A stretch of DNA of 64,000 nt from contig OZ024740.1 in the NCBI GenBank assembly GCA_964016885.1, positions 248,806,001 through 248,870,000 on the forward strand, in the 5' to 3' direction. The notes beneath the pieces are model-generated. The model worked only from the letters and a program-made list of their open reading frames with translations. It was not told the DNA's origin and did no database searches. Every line of letters begins with the position of its first letter. Positions within the stretch are counted from its first letter, which is position 1. This document shows positions 11,806 to 23,994 of the stretch, in pieces. The stretch is from Eledone cirrhosa (taxonomy: Eukaryota). The translations under genes were made by a program, and so were the position numbers.

Positions 11806-14800
11806 CGCCACACCATACCCACAGACCATACAATAAATATTTATGGGAACACTTTAATCCATGAACAGGAACAACAAGCTCTACAGCTCCCACCGAAATT
11901 TGCTATCTACAAAAAGATAAATCCAATCGAGTGTAAAACGGAGCTGGAAAAGTGTTTCACAAAAATACGCTGGAATGCGAAAATAAACAACAACAACTAT
12001 ACGGACAATAACTCTGAGTATAGAAATAACAGCTATAATAGTAATAGTCATAACAATGACAATAGCAGGAGAGTGAGAAATAGTAGCATTAATAATGGTA
12101 GTAATATTAACGATAGACAGAACAACAACCACAATAATAATAGAAACATTAACGACAGACACAACAACAACAAACACAGTAGTAATAATGGAAATAATAC
12201 GAGTAGCAACAACAACAACAACAACCACAGTAGTAATAATGGAAATAATACGAGTAGCAACAACAACAACAACAACCACAGTAGTAATAATGGAAATAAT
12301 ACGAGTAGCAACAACAACCACAGTAGTAATAATGGAAATAATACGAGTAGCAACAACAACCACAACAACAACAACCACAGTAGTAATAATAGAAATAATA
12401 CGAGTAACAACAACAACAACAACAACAACCACTGTAGTAATAATGGAAATAATACGAGTAGCAACATCAATGATAGACGAAACAACAAAAACAAGAAAAA
12501 TATTAAAAGTAACAACCACAATGGTAGAAATAACAGTAACAACAACAATAACAATAGAGAAAACAACAGCAATACATCTAACAATCATAACAACAATACA
12601 TCTAGCAATCATAACAATAATAATAATGTTAATGGTAGGAACAACAACAACCACCATAATAACAATAATAGCAACACACACAACTATGACGATAGACATA
12701 ATGACAACCCCTTAGAGAAACTATTCTTCAATGCAGCTGACAAAACATATAAGATGGGTAATATTTATCCTACAAGGTTACCCTTTAATAAAGGGTTTGT
12801 ATACCACAACAAATAGATGACGAGACAGAGGCACAGTTCACCATAGCTAGAAATAAGATTAGACAAATAGTAGACCGATATACTAAGAGACAAAGCAGAC
12901 CAGAGGTCCAACAACTTGGAAGGAAACCTGTAGAAGGCTTAGTTAGCCTCAAGCAGCGCAGAAGGGCTGGTGAGGTAGTATGTCTACCCACGGATAAGTC
13001 TGGTAGGATGTCAATAGACAGCATATCGAACTACATCAAGGCTATGCAACCCCACATCACCAACACGAGCGAAATTACACAACAAACACATGAGGGGAGA
13101 GAGAAGATCCTCAACGCTCACATGATGATGTGGACCGACATCCTAAAGCCAAGCAGACGCACTGCCAACAACTTCCAGGCGTCTAACAATGACATACCAC
13201 CCTTGTATAGGCTCCGCAAAGACCATAAGACAGTCGACGACCCGACAACAGGACCACCAACAAGACCTGTATGCGGAGCCAATATCGCTAGCAACTACAG
13301 GATCTCCTACTTCCTCTCAATAGTTATACGCCCCATAATCAAGATGTCCCCAGATGTATATGACAGTACAGAGGACCTCCTCAGCAGAATCAATGAATGC
13401 AACAAAAACCAAAACCTATCTAACTGCATAATAGTCAGTATGGACATGGTATCACTATACCCATCCATTAACATTGATTTCGCTACAGAAAAATGTGTGG
13501 AGATGATCAATGAGAGTGAGGTGGAGTTCTGCGACGTCAACACAGACGAACTGGGCCTCCTACTTAGACTTATCTATGGCACCGAGTACCTAGACAGCCA
13601 TGACCTTAGCCGTTTCTGCCCCAGTAGACCCATAAGAGGTAGACCCCCACCATAACCTCAATGGCAAAAAAGACTCCCATGAGAAGGTGGATTGAGTGGA
13701 CATACGGACCCCCCCCCCCACAAACAACGATCAGGTAAGAAAAATGGTTACGCATGCAATAGGGGCTAGTATTAAAACTACCCTAAAGGGCCACATATTC
13801 AAATTCAACGGGAAGATCTACACCCAAATTGAGGGAGCAGCCATTGGCGTCAGCATAGCTGGTGACGTTGCCAACCTTTTTATGATATGGTGGGAAAGGA
13901 GACTCAAAGATCTCCTTGATGAGAGCTCCATAGACCTCATCACGTACTCTCGTTACGTAGACGATTTTAATATAGTAATAAGGACACCCACACAAGAGTG
14001 TACTAACAAGTATGATTTAGAATGTAGCACAATGGAAAGCATCCAGCAGATAGCTAATTCGATACACCAGAGTATAACTGTAACTATCGACTACCCTTCC
14101 AAACACCCTAACAGTAGACTACCTGTATTAGACACGGAACTCTGGATTAACACTATAGACGAGAGGGCCCAAATTCTCCACTCACACTCCACTAAACCCA
14201 TGGCCTCCAAATACCTGATACTCAAAACTCGGCAATGTCCAGTAGTGCTAAGTTTAATATTCTGATCGCAGACTTGGTACGAGTGATGAAGAACGTGTTC
14301 CGCATGTGCGATCCAACAGAAATGGAAAGACACATCCAACACTTCATCAACCGCATGCAGTTCTCTGGCTACAACCAAAGAGACAGAGTCAGAGTATACG
14401 AAGGAACCACGGAGAAGTATAAGACCCTCATAGAACTGGACATGAAAGGAATTTGCCCATTATACAGGAGCAAATCATGGAATAGCTTAGATAGGACTAA
14501 ACATAAGATAGGGAAAGCCACATCATGGTACGACAACCAAAGATACCACAGTGTCATGTTCGTAGACGCTACCCCTGGAGGGAAATTAGCTAACCAGTGT
14601 AGAAAGGCCCTGAGAAAGACCCACTTAAAGATTAAAGTGGTAGAAAAGCCAGGAACTACCATAAAATTCCTGATCAGCAAACATACCCTTTTAAGAAAAC
14701 CCACTGTACTAATAGGAAATGTATTATATATGTAAAGTTAACCCCGGATAAACTGTAAAACTAGAAAGGTAGTCTATAATGGCCCAGCAGATAGGCAAGT

Positions 14801-15073
14801 GAAATAGAACTTAGAAGGCCAAAGCTAAACAGAAAAAAATGAATGGAATAACAACACCCAAACAAACAATATTGACTTAAGAGAAATATAAATAAATAAA
14901 TAAATAAATAAATAAATATATACACAAGCACAATAACAACAAACACATATAAGCACACACTAGTAAACTAAGATAGAATACAATAACCAAAACACAGTCA
15001 CCCAAACGCGAACACACACCAAACACTATACACACATGCAAACGTATGCGCAGAGAAGACAAAAATAAATTAA
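11806..15073 (+). mobile_element. Penelope-like element (Neptune/Nematis-like), degenerate; GIY-YIG mostly deleted; interrupted by Helitron 1
   Basis: LQLPPKF, TDKSG, RKDHK..RPV, MDMVSLYPSI, QIEGAAIG, RYVDD, LPVLD, KPMASK, then a CX4CX2CX7C linker and VVY at about 14700-14780. Confidence 0.85.
12000..12700 (+). repeat. Asn-coding (AAC/AAT) low-complexity tract with about 6 tandem 45-63 bp units
   Basis: CACAGTAGTAATAATGGAAATAATACGAGTAG(CAA)n repeats over 12175-12465, in frame with the PLE ORF. Confidence 0.9.
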
Positions 15074-15993
15074 TCTATATATATAAAACAGTCTGTTTGA
15101 AACCGCATGCATTTCTACATTTTACAACCGATTTGCACCAAATTTCATACATAGGTTTCTGAAGTCCTATTGCGCGTCGTAGGCTATTTTATTTTCCCGT
15201 ACATCGATTGTGGGGGGCCCCCTTAAACCTCTCCCTTCGACTTTATCTATTGAAGTTCACATTAACACTGTATTAGTACCTGATAACTTTTGAAGTTTAC
15301 GTTCGATCTTCGTTTTCACTTTCAAAACAACAATCATCATCGGATGAAATTTCAGAAATGTAAACATCTGATTCATTTGAAGATAAATCACTAATATTAT
15401 CTTTTGTTTCTTGTTCATTTTGAATGTCGTCGTATCGCTACTTTCATAAGTCATGTTGATACAAGCAAAAAATCTGTTCTACTTTCAATGTTGAAAAAAC
15501 ACCTATTGTTTTAAGTTGTTTCACTATATTAAGTGTTAATTTTCGCGGTAAGGGCCTAATCTCGCAGTAATCTCGAATTGACGAGATTTTGATGACGGTA
15601 TTGTTTATTTTTAGAACGATATTTAAGTGTGGGTGTTACGGCGGTTTTGGGCGGTTTGAACAAATGAAGGGGAAATAATTTCGGCCGGTTTGAACACTAA
15701 AGGGTTAAAGGAGGTTTAGTTAATGTGTTTATGGTCATAAGGTTCCAGTTTATCATGCTGTGATTTTTCGGCCATTTTTGCCTGTATCCTTTCAATGGTT
15801 AGTACTTACTTTGCGTTGCCAATAACTTAAAACCTGAAATTTGACTGGTACACAAAATCTTGCAAAACATACCCACTTTCTCAGACCACATAGATTTATC
15901 ACATTTTTTCATAATTTATACCCGTGTTTTTTGCTTACTTAAACGTTATTTCTCCACTATTTATCGTTCTCCCTGGTTAATTTTCTAAAAACA

Positions 15994-18900
15994 ATGCCCC
16001 CAAGAAAAGAACTCTCATTGGTCAATTATCTAATGATGCAAGTAGGTCTAAGCGAAGGCGTCTCACCGAAGACGTAAATGCAACTGTGATCAGGCTCTCA
16101 CAGAATGCTGTGCAGACGGCAGCTGCAAGAGCGGAGGAGGATGACAGTCGGCGTGAACTTCGACGGAACAAAAGTGCTGCCACAACTGCTGCTGCTCGCG
16201 CACGAGAGGATGAAGGACGACGTGCCGTTCGACGTAGCAGGGACGCCGCTGCAACATTCGTTGCTCGCGCACGAGAGGATGAAGGACGACGCGCCGTTCA
16301 ATGAAGCAGGGACGCCACTGCCACTGCTGCTGCACGAAATACTGAAACCATAAAGCAACGACGTGGCCGACTTCTGCAAAGTGAACAGCGGCGATCATTG
16401 TTACATGGCATTTCTAGATCTTGAAATTCACGATGGTTGTTGAAGGCCTTTAATTACACCCCTCCTACGACTACGCCGTCCATGCAGATATTCGAATTGG
16501 GGAAATGACCTCTACTTGCCAGTTTTGTCGTACGAAAAAGTGGCCAGGGAAGAGAGATGGAATGTGCTGTTCAAACGGTAAAGTTAGACTACCTCCTATT
16601 CACGACCCTCCAGAGACATTGCAACTCCTTTTGACAGACACAACGGAGGAATCATCGAAGTTTCTGCGTAATATCCGCCGCTACAATTCCGCGTTTCAGA
16701 TGACATCCTTCGGAGCAAAGCTTGCCTCGGAACGTGGGTTCATGCCAACATTCAAGGTGCAGGGGCAGATCTACCACTTGATTGGTTCTATTCAGCCTCT
16801 GGCAGAAAAGGATCCTCAATTTCTTCAGTTATACTTCGTTGGAAACTATCAGGAACAGGCAGAGATGCGAAACTCTATTTCGTCCGAAACTAACATTAGA
16901 ACCATAATAAAACTTCAAGAAATTCTTCACAACAAAAACAGCTAAGTTTGCAGTTTCAAGTACGCTTTGGAAACAGCCACCGACAAAAACTTTAGTGTGG
17001 TCATACATGCTGACCGAAGGTCATCTGGAGAACACGCTGGTCGGTTCAACGCATTAACATGTAATGAGATTGCTGCGGTTATTTGTGGTGAACAGCACAA
17101 CAAGAGAGATATCATTCTAAAGCACCGAGACAGCACATTACAGCGTATCAATGAGACACACAGGTCCTACGATGCACTCCAGTATCCATTGCTTTTTGTC
17201 AACGGCGAGGACGGATACCATTTCGGCATTCCTCAACATTCGGCAGGCAATAGTGAGGCACATCTTAGCAAAACTGTCACCTTCATGGATTTCTACGCTT
17301 TCCGATTTCTACACCGTTCTCGGGACCTTTTCCAACAATTTGCTGTTGATATGGCCGTTAAAATGGAGTCCGAGAGATTATGGTTCATTAAATTAAATCA
17401 AAAGAAACTTCGATCTGAATGCTATATTCATCTACGCGATGGAGTTAATAACGACGTATCCCCAGACAATTTAGGGCAAGTGTGTATTTTGCCTTCAACG
17501 TTCACAGGGGGACCCCAATACATGCACGAGAGGACTCAGGACGCCATGACCTACGTACGACATTATGGGCGCCCGACCTTTTCGTAGCGTTTACATGCAA
17601 TCCCAAGTGGAAGGAGATTACAAACGAACTGTTCCACGGTCAAGCGCCAAGACACAGGCACGATCTCATAGTAAGAGTGTTTCGCCTGAAATTATCCAAA
17701 TTAATGGATTTATTAAAGAAAGGAGAGGTTTTGGAGCCTGTCAGGTGCGAAAGGTACACGGTTGAATGGCAGAAACGAGGGCTGCGGCATGCCCATATCT
17801 TGATTTGGTTGGTTACAAAAATCAGTTCAAATTACATCAACAAATTCATTTCTGCCGAACTACCTGATCTGTCGATTGACAAGGACCTCTTCTCTATAGT
17901 CACATCAAACATGGTCCATGGTCCTTGCGGACATGGACTCAATATGAAGTCCCCGTGCATACACGACGGAAAGTGTACAAAACGATATCCCAGGCCGTTT
18001 TTACAAGAAACACAGACTGACGGTGACGGATATCCGTTGTATAGGCGCAGGAGGCCTGAAGACGGTGGGTTCACAGTAAAAGTTGGTGAACGCGAAATCG
18101 ACAACAGCTGGATAGTGCCATATTTCCCCCTCCTTTTGAAAGCGTTCAACGCCCATATAAACGTCGAATTTTGCAACTCAGTAAATTCAATTAAATACGT
18201 TTGTAAGTACGTAAACAAGGGATCGGATGCTGCCGTCTTTGGTCTTCGTCATGAAAACAGTAGAGACGAGGTATCTGACTACCAAGCAGGCCGATACATT
18301 AGCAGCAATGAAGCGTTTTGGCGCGTTTTTAGCTTCCCACTGCACCAACGACACGCCGTCAGTAAACAACTTGCCGTTCACCTTCAATACGGTCAACGGG
18401 TGTATTTCAATGATGCAACAGCTGCTCAGCTAGCGATCTCACCAAAGGAAACTACACTCACCACTTTTTTAAAACTTTGCAACACGACGACTTCGCTCGA
18501 ACTCTGCTGTATTCTGAAATACCGTCTTACTATACATGGAACCGGACAAAATGGCTACGAAGGAAGGTGGGACAAGAGGTGGTGGACATCCAGGCATCAA
18601 ATTCCTCAATTGCCCGAATTCAAATGGTATGTTGAAGAGAATTAACCAAAACTTCTAATAGATCAAAAACAAACCTACAACATTGTCGTTGATTCCATCC
18701 GTAATCGGGGAGGGGGTATATTCTTCCTGGACGCACCTGGAGGCACGGGCAACACATTTGTAATCAAACTTTTACTCGCTGCAGTGAGGCAACACAGAAA
18801 CATCGCATTGGCCGTGGCTTCTTCCGGCATTGCAGCAACTTTGCTGCCTGGTGGCAGGACGGCCCATTCTGCCTTCAGTCTTCCTCTCAACGTGGCATCA

Positions 18901-20007
18901 TCTCAGACACCCACGTGCAAAATCAGCAAGTCTTCCGGAAAAGCACTGGTGTTAAAGCGCTGCCTACTAATTGTTTAGGACGAATGCACAATGGCCCACA
19001 GTGCGGCTTTCGAGGCATTAGACCGGTCACTCAGAGACATCAGGGACTGTCAAGAACCAATGGGAGGTGTCACTTTACTGTTATCTGGGGATTTCCGATA
19101 GACTCTGCATGTAATCCCAAAAGGTACGCGGGCTGATGAGTTTGGCGCATGTCTTAAGGCCTCTCCACTTTGGCGTTATGTAAGAAAGCTGACGCTTACA
19201 ACAAAGATGAGAGCACAACTGCAAGGTGATGAGACATCAGCGGGTTTTGCTGCTGCCATTTTGTTGTTAGGAGATGGCAAAGTCCCACTCTACGGAGATG
19301 GTACAGCGAACCTCACAGAGATTTGCAGATGCGTTAAGTCAATTGCTGATTACGGACGTCTGTTTTTCCAAAAGGAGAACTACACAAATCAAGAGTGGTT
19401 GTGTGAACGCGCAATATTGGCTTCGAAAAACCACATAGTTGGAAGCATCAATGAACAGCAGCTCATGCTGTGCTTGCCTGGAAATCTGCACGTCTACAAG
19501 TCCCTTGACTCTATGGCTGATCCGGACGAAGTTGTTAATTACCCCCACAGAATTTCTTAACTCCCTAGATCCTCCCGGATTGCCACCACACTTACTGCGA
19601 CTTAAGAAAGGTGCCCCTGTCATGACCCTCAGAAATTTGGAAGCCCGAAAGCTTTCCAACGGCACGCGTCTGGTCATCCAAAAGCGATGCCTCATGTTAT
19701 TGAGGCAACAATACTTATAGGATGTGGTAAGGGGGATACTGTATTCATACGAAGGATACCTCTCATTCCATCCGGTAAAGACATTCCTTTCACATTCAGA
19801 AGGCTGCAGTTCCCTCTCCGACTCGCCATGTCGATTAACAAATCACAGGGTCAGACGCTGACGGTCATAGGGCTTAATTTAGAAGAACCGTGCTTCTCCC
19901 ATGGTCAATTATATGTTGGCTGCTCTCGAGTGGGGAGCCGACATAATCTATTTGCTTTTGCAACTCTCGAGAAAACCCAAATTATAGTCTATAAGGAAGT
20001 TTTGTAG
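15994..20007 (+). pseudogene. Helitron RepHel (zinc finger, HUH Rep, Pif1-like helicase), frameshifted and internally deleted
   Basis: C..C...[73 protein letters not shown]. Confidence 0.93.
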
Positions 20008-20384
20008 GCACCCCATCCGCCAACAAGTAATCGCTGTTTTATTTTTATTTTGTATAAGTGCTTACATTTGCTGTATCCGTGTGCTATTTTTGTCCTTTTG
20101 ACAATGCCACGTACGCCTCTGGGGTTGCTTTTGCTACACGTTATAAATGTTCAATGTCTCCGTTTTACGCATTTATATGTTGCTTTTACGCTTTGCTATC
20201 GATGTTCCGTAGTTTTAACCTAATTAATCTATTTTTCCCTCCATCTTATTTACACATTTTTTTGACATTCCAGCGTGATCTTGTCAAGGCCGTGTTTGTG
20301 GCCACCGACTGTTACATGCTTTTCTAGGTTACAATCTCAAATAACAAGCGAAGCAAATACGACACACCAAAGAGGTGTGAAGGA

Positions 20385-20705
20385 CTTCTTAAGGGCCACC
20401 ACCTCTAATCGGAGTCGTCTTTGCTGACAACTCTGCCACTGGGACTTTTTTAAGAGTGAACGATCCAAGGCCCTCTTCAGGACCACCAAGTTTAAATTGT
20501 TACCATCGGATTCATCTTTGCTGGCAGCACCGCCGCTGAGACTTTCAAGATTGAAAGATCCAAGGCTCTCTTTAGGGCCACCAACTATAAATTGTTATCG
20601 CTGGATTCGTCTTTGCTGGCAGCACCGCAGCTGATATATTTCAAAGTGAACGTTCAAAGGCCCTCTTTAGGGTCAACACCTACAAATTGTTACTTCTATA
20701 GTCGT
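20385..20705 (+). repeat. About 95-bp tandem repeat (about 3.3 copies) in the Helitron 3' region
   Basis: Recurring CTTTGCTGGCAGCACC...CAAGGCCCTCTTTAGGGCCACC...AAATTGTTA. Confidence 0.8.
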
Positions 20706-20785
20706 GTTTAACGGAAGTCTTTCGGTTCATTTGAACGACTACTCCATTGAGAGTTATACCGGGTAACGCCGGGTACCTCTGCTAG

Positions 20786-21090
20786 TAAATAAATAAATAA
20801 ACAGATAAAATAAAGATGGCGTAAATATACAATACAACAGGAGGAACATAATAGCACCACTGATGATGTTGCCGATGTCAAACGAAAGAACTTTGTTAGA
20901 CTATATATATGTGTTTAAATCTATATTATATCAGTATTTTTGACCGTTGGTCAGTCAATGGTAAACATTGAGGACCGAATGAATTAACTAATATAAAAAA
21001 TACAGAAGCGAAAACCAACCAAACAGTGAGTGTGTTCTCTTATTAATTCTGGCAATATTATTACAACAATATGACCCTCCGCAAGTATAA
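20786..21090 (+). mobile_element. 3' UTR or pseudo-LTR continuation of the PLE at 11806, with a degenerate HHR at 20856-20900
   Basis: The (AAAT)n context continues across the Helitron; CTGATGA at 20860, a short GTT..AAC stem and GAAA at 20884. Confidence 0.5.
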
Positions 21091-21374
21091 CAATATATAT
21101 ATATATATACGGAAAAAATGAAACGAAATTTCATTTCCCACTCTTAGTACGGCTGTTACTTAAATATAAGTATGTACACGTACATACATATATGTATACA
21201 GACGTACTGTAGTATGTATATATATATACATACATGCACACATATATATATATGTACGTATGGATTCACCGAACATTTATTATAATGCTCGGTGTGTTTG
21301 TAAACAAACATCCCGTATTAAGCCGTAGTGTCTAGCAACCATCGTTGCTCGTTTGTTCAACACTGACAAAGGAA

Positions 21375-21415
21375 CGCTGTACTAGTTTCAAGCTTATTAG
21401 CTATCGTCAGCAACG
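21375..21415 (-). ncRNA. Type I hammerhead ribozyme, intact core
   Basis: Reverse complement of the motif at 21676-21716. Confidence 0.88.
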
Positions 21416-21675
21416 TATACCTTCCTGCCAGATTGTTGAACGTATATACTTACCTTATGCATATTAACGGCTGAGTAGCTCAATTTGCATATCGAGTGGG
21501 TTAATCGGCCGGGTGCACCGAAAACGATAAACGGAAAAAAATTCGTTTCATTTTTTCCGTTTATCGTTTTCGGTGCACCCGGCCGATTAACCCACTCGAT
21601 ATGCAAATTGAGCTACTCAGCCGTTAATATGCATAAGGTAAGTATATACGTTCAACAATCTGGCAGGAAGGTATA

Positions 21676-21716
21676 CGTTGCTGACGATAGCTAATAAGCT
21701 TGAAACTAGTACAGCG
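21676..21716 (+). ncRNA. Type I hammerhead ribozyme, intact core
   Basis: Stem I CGTTG/CAGCG (extended by GGAA/TTCC), CTGACGA, stem II AGCT-AATA-AGCT, GAAAC, palindromic stem III ACTAGT, GUA cleavage triplet. Confidence 0.88.
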
Positions 21717-21914
21717 TTCCTTTGTCAGTGTTGAACAAACGAGCAACGATGGTTGCTAGACACTACGGCTTAATACGGGATGTTTATTTACAAACACATC
21801 GAGCATTATAATAAATGTTCGGTGAATCCATACGTACATATATATATGTGTGCATGTATGTATATATACATACTACTGTACGTCTGTATACATATATGTA
21901 TGTACGTGTACATA

Positions 21915-21956
<42 letters not shown>

Positions 21957-22220
21957 GAGGTTATATTTAATTTGTTGGGATTCAACAAGCTTGAACATTT
22001 TTATAACTTATATAAACCACTCAACAGAAAGTGGAGTAAATACACAATATATTAATAAATGGAAACTATATTTATAAAACCATATTTATTTCATTATACA
22101 TATTTCAAGGGCAACCAAGGCAAATTATGGTGCGCTTTCATCAGATAAAATACGGATTTGTTTTATAAATAAATATTGACATACCCGGAAAAAAGACAAC
22201 CTTAACGGTTGGAGCTTCCT

Positions 22221-22300
<80 letters not shown>

Positions 22301-22325
22301 ACATTTTCGCTCTACATGGCTGAAT

Positions 22326-22700
22326 ATAATAAATGTAATCTGAGTTTTTCGAATATTAATAATAACATTCGATTCATTTGCAATTATTCAAACAAGCCTC
22401 AATTTTATAGCCATGTCAGTAGAATGAACCCTTAATTCTTGCTCTTGTGCTGGCATGTGAACAGAACTGCTGACCCTAATGTTTCTGGGTATCACCCTTC
22501 ATCAATACAGCTCACTGTTCACCTGCCAAACTGTCAGATCTAGTGGAAATATATGCTATTTTCAAAAACACACAGTTCTGTTCACATCCCAACACAAGAG
22601 CAAGAATGACATGGCTATAAAATTGAGGCTTGTTTGCATAATCGCAAACGAATCGAATGTTATTATTAATATTCGAAAAACTCAGATTACATTTATTATA
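22326..22700. repeat. Imperfect inverted repeat (arms about 130-145 bp), probably inverted PLE pseudo-LTRs
   Basis: 22326-22469 versus 22573-22700; an HHR overlaps the inner edge of the left arm. Confidence 0.75.
22457..22522 (-). ncRNA. Type I hammerhead with C3U substitution
   Basis: Minus strand GTGAACAG-TG-AGCTGTA-TTGATGA-AGGG TGATA CCCA-GAAAC-ATTAGG-GTC-AGCAGTT-CTGTTCAC, with a long bulged stem I. Confidence 0.65.
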
Positions 22701-22714
22701 TATATATATATGAG

Positions 22715-22897
22715 GGCGGTGGATTGGCAGTATCGGTGGAGGGTCGGACGCCATGCTTTCCAGCATAGTTACGTCCCTTTACGATCTGAGTTCAAATCCC
22801 GCCGAGGTTGACTTTGCCTTTCATCCTTACGGGGTCGATAAAATAAAGTACCAGTAATGAACTGGGTAATTTCTGGCCTTGTGCCTAAAGTAGAAAC

Positions 22898-22903
<6 letters not shown>
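22715..22903 (+). mobile_element. SINE family A, full length
   Basis: tRNA-like head (TGGCAGTATCGG, GAGTTCAAATCCC), conserved body, ends GAAACAATTA in (TA)n. Confidence 0.88.
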
Positions 22904-22955
<52 letters not shown>

Positions 22956-22983
22956 TCAACAGTACATCAAAGGGGTTTTATTT

Positions 22984-23100
22984 ACAGTATTAACAATTGT
23001 TTCACTGATTAAGTTGTCTAAAAATTGCTGAACACTTGAAGCTGTGCCACTCAATTTTAAATATGGTGTTAGCTTAACCAGATCATCAGAAAAGACTGTT
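22984..23100 (-). ncRNA. Type I hammerhead with a long stem II insertion
   Basis: Minus strand ACAGT..CTGATGA-T-CTGGTTAAG..CTTAATCAG-T-GAAAC-AATT-GTT-AATACTGT, then AATAAA. Confidence 0.75.
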
Positions 23101-23687
23101 AAAAATATACTCAGCGTTTACGAATTCAAATTACATCATTAATAAAAAAAGAGAGAAAAAAAAAGAAAAAGATATAGAGAAAAAAGATAGAGAAAAAAGA
23201 AAGAAGAGAAAAGGAAGAAGAAATAAGATAAAAGATAAAGAAAAAGACAAATAGAAAAATAGAGAGAAAAATAATTAAGATAATAATAATAAATGAATAA
23301 ATGTTAATAAATAAGTTATAACGAAGATGATAAAAAATAATACAAAATATGATAAAAATAAATTAAAAAATTTAATATGTGTGCGAAGAAAAGTAAACAT
23401 ACTATGATTATTGAGAGTAGTTGTGGTGTTGGTGGTTAAAATATAGAGATATGATGGTATAAATATGAAAATGTTAAATATATTCATATATGTATTAGTT
23501 ACATTAATAAATTAATTAAATAATTAATTAATTAATTGTAAGTTATATTAGAAGTGAAAATAATACAAGATATAATGTAAGAGATAAAATAAATTTAGGG
23601 AAAGAAATAGAAAGATAGAAAATGAAAGAGAGAAAATATAATAGGTTATGATGTTGGTTCATTGACAGTTAATGCCAATAATAATAA

Positions 23688-23925
23688 TAATTGTTTCTAC
23701 TTTTGGTACAAGGCCAGCAAATTACCCAGTGCAATTACTGGTACTTTATTTTATCGACCCAGTAAGGATGAAAGGCAAAGTTAACCTCGGCGGGATTTGA
23801 ACTCAGAATGATAATAATAATAATAACTGTTTCTACTTTAGGCACAAGGCCAGCAATTACCCAGTGCATTACTGGTACTTTATTTTATCGACCCCGTAAG
23901 GATGAAAGGCAAAGTTAACCTCGGC
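23688..23925 (-). mobile_element. Two 5'-truncated SINE family A copies inside the PLE 3' UTR
   Basis: TGTTTCTACTTT.GG.ACAAGGCCAGCAA...GAAAGGCAAAGTTAACCTCGGC occurs twice, with (TAA)n tails. Confidence 0.85.
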
Positions 23926-23994
23926 AATAATGATAATAGGTTATTATAATAGATTCAGGTGGTACAATTTGAATTATGGAATAGATGGGATGAA

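Larger units (their letters stand above)
15074..20785 (+). mobile_element. Helitron 1: both termini intact, RepHel degenerate
   Basis: A^TC 5' end (TCTATATATATAAAA); 3' GC-rich hairpin at 20757-20775 followed by CTAG^T; no TSD. Confidence 0.93.
21110..21920. mobile_element. 420-bp HHR repeat (retrozyme-like): one full unit plus an inverted near-full unit
   Basis: The unit restarts at 21532 (period 422); 21551-21920 is the reverse complement of about 21166-21540; flanked by (TA)n. Confidence 0.85.

Noticed and set aside
12175-12465. Regularly spaced repeats as a CRISPR array
   Set aside because: The intervening sequences are (CAA)n runs rather than unique spacers, there are no cas genes, and the context is a eukaryotic TE.
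11881-12715. Long Val/Ile, Leu and Thr-rich ORFs as membrane or mucin-like proteins
   Set aside because: They are alternative-frame and antisense shadows of the Asn-coding repeat.
22715-22805. tRNA genes
   Set aside because: A and B boxes are present but run into SINE bodies and tails; no proper cloverleaf is evident. The same holds at 32550-32625.
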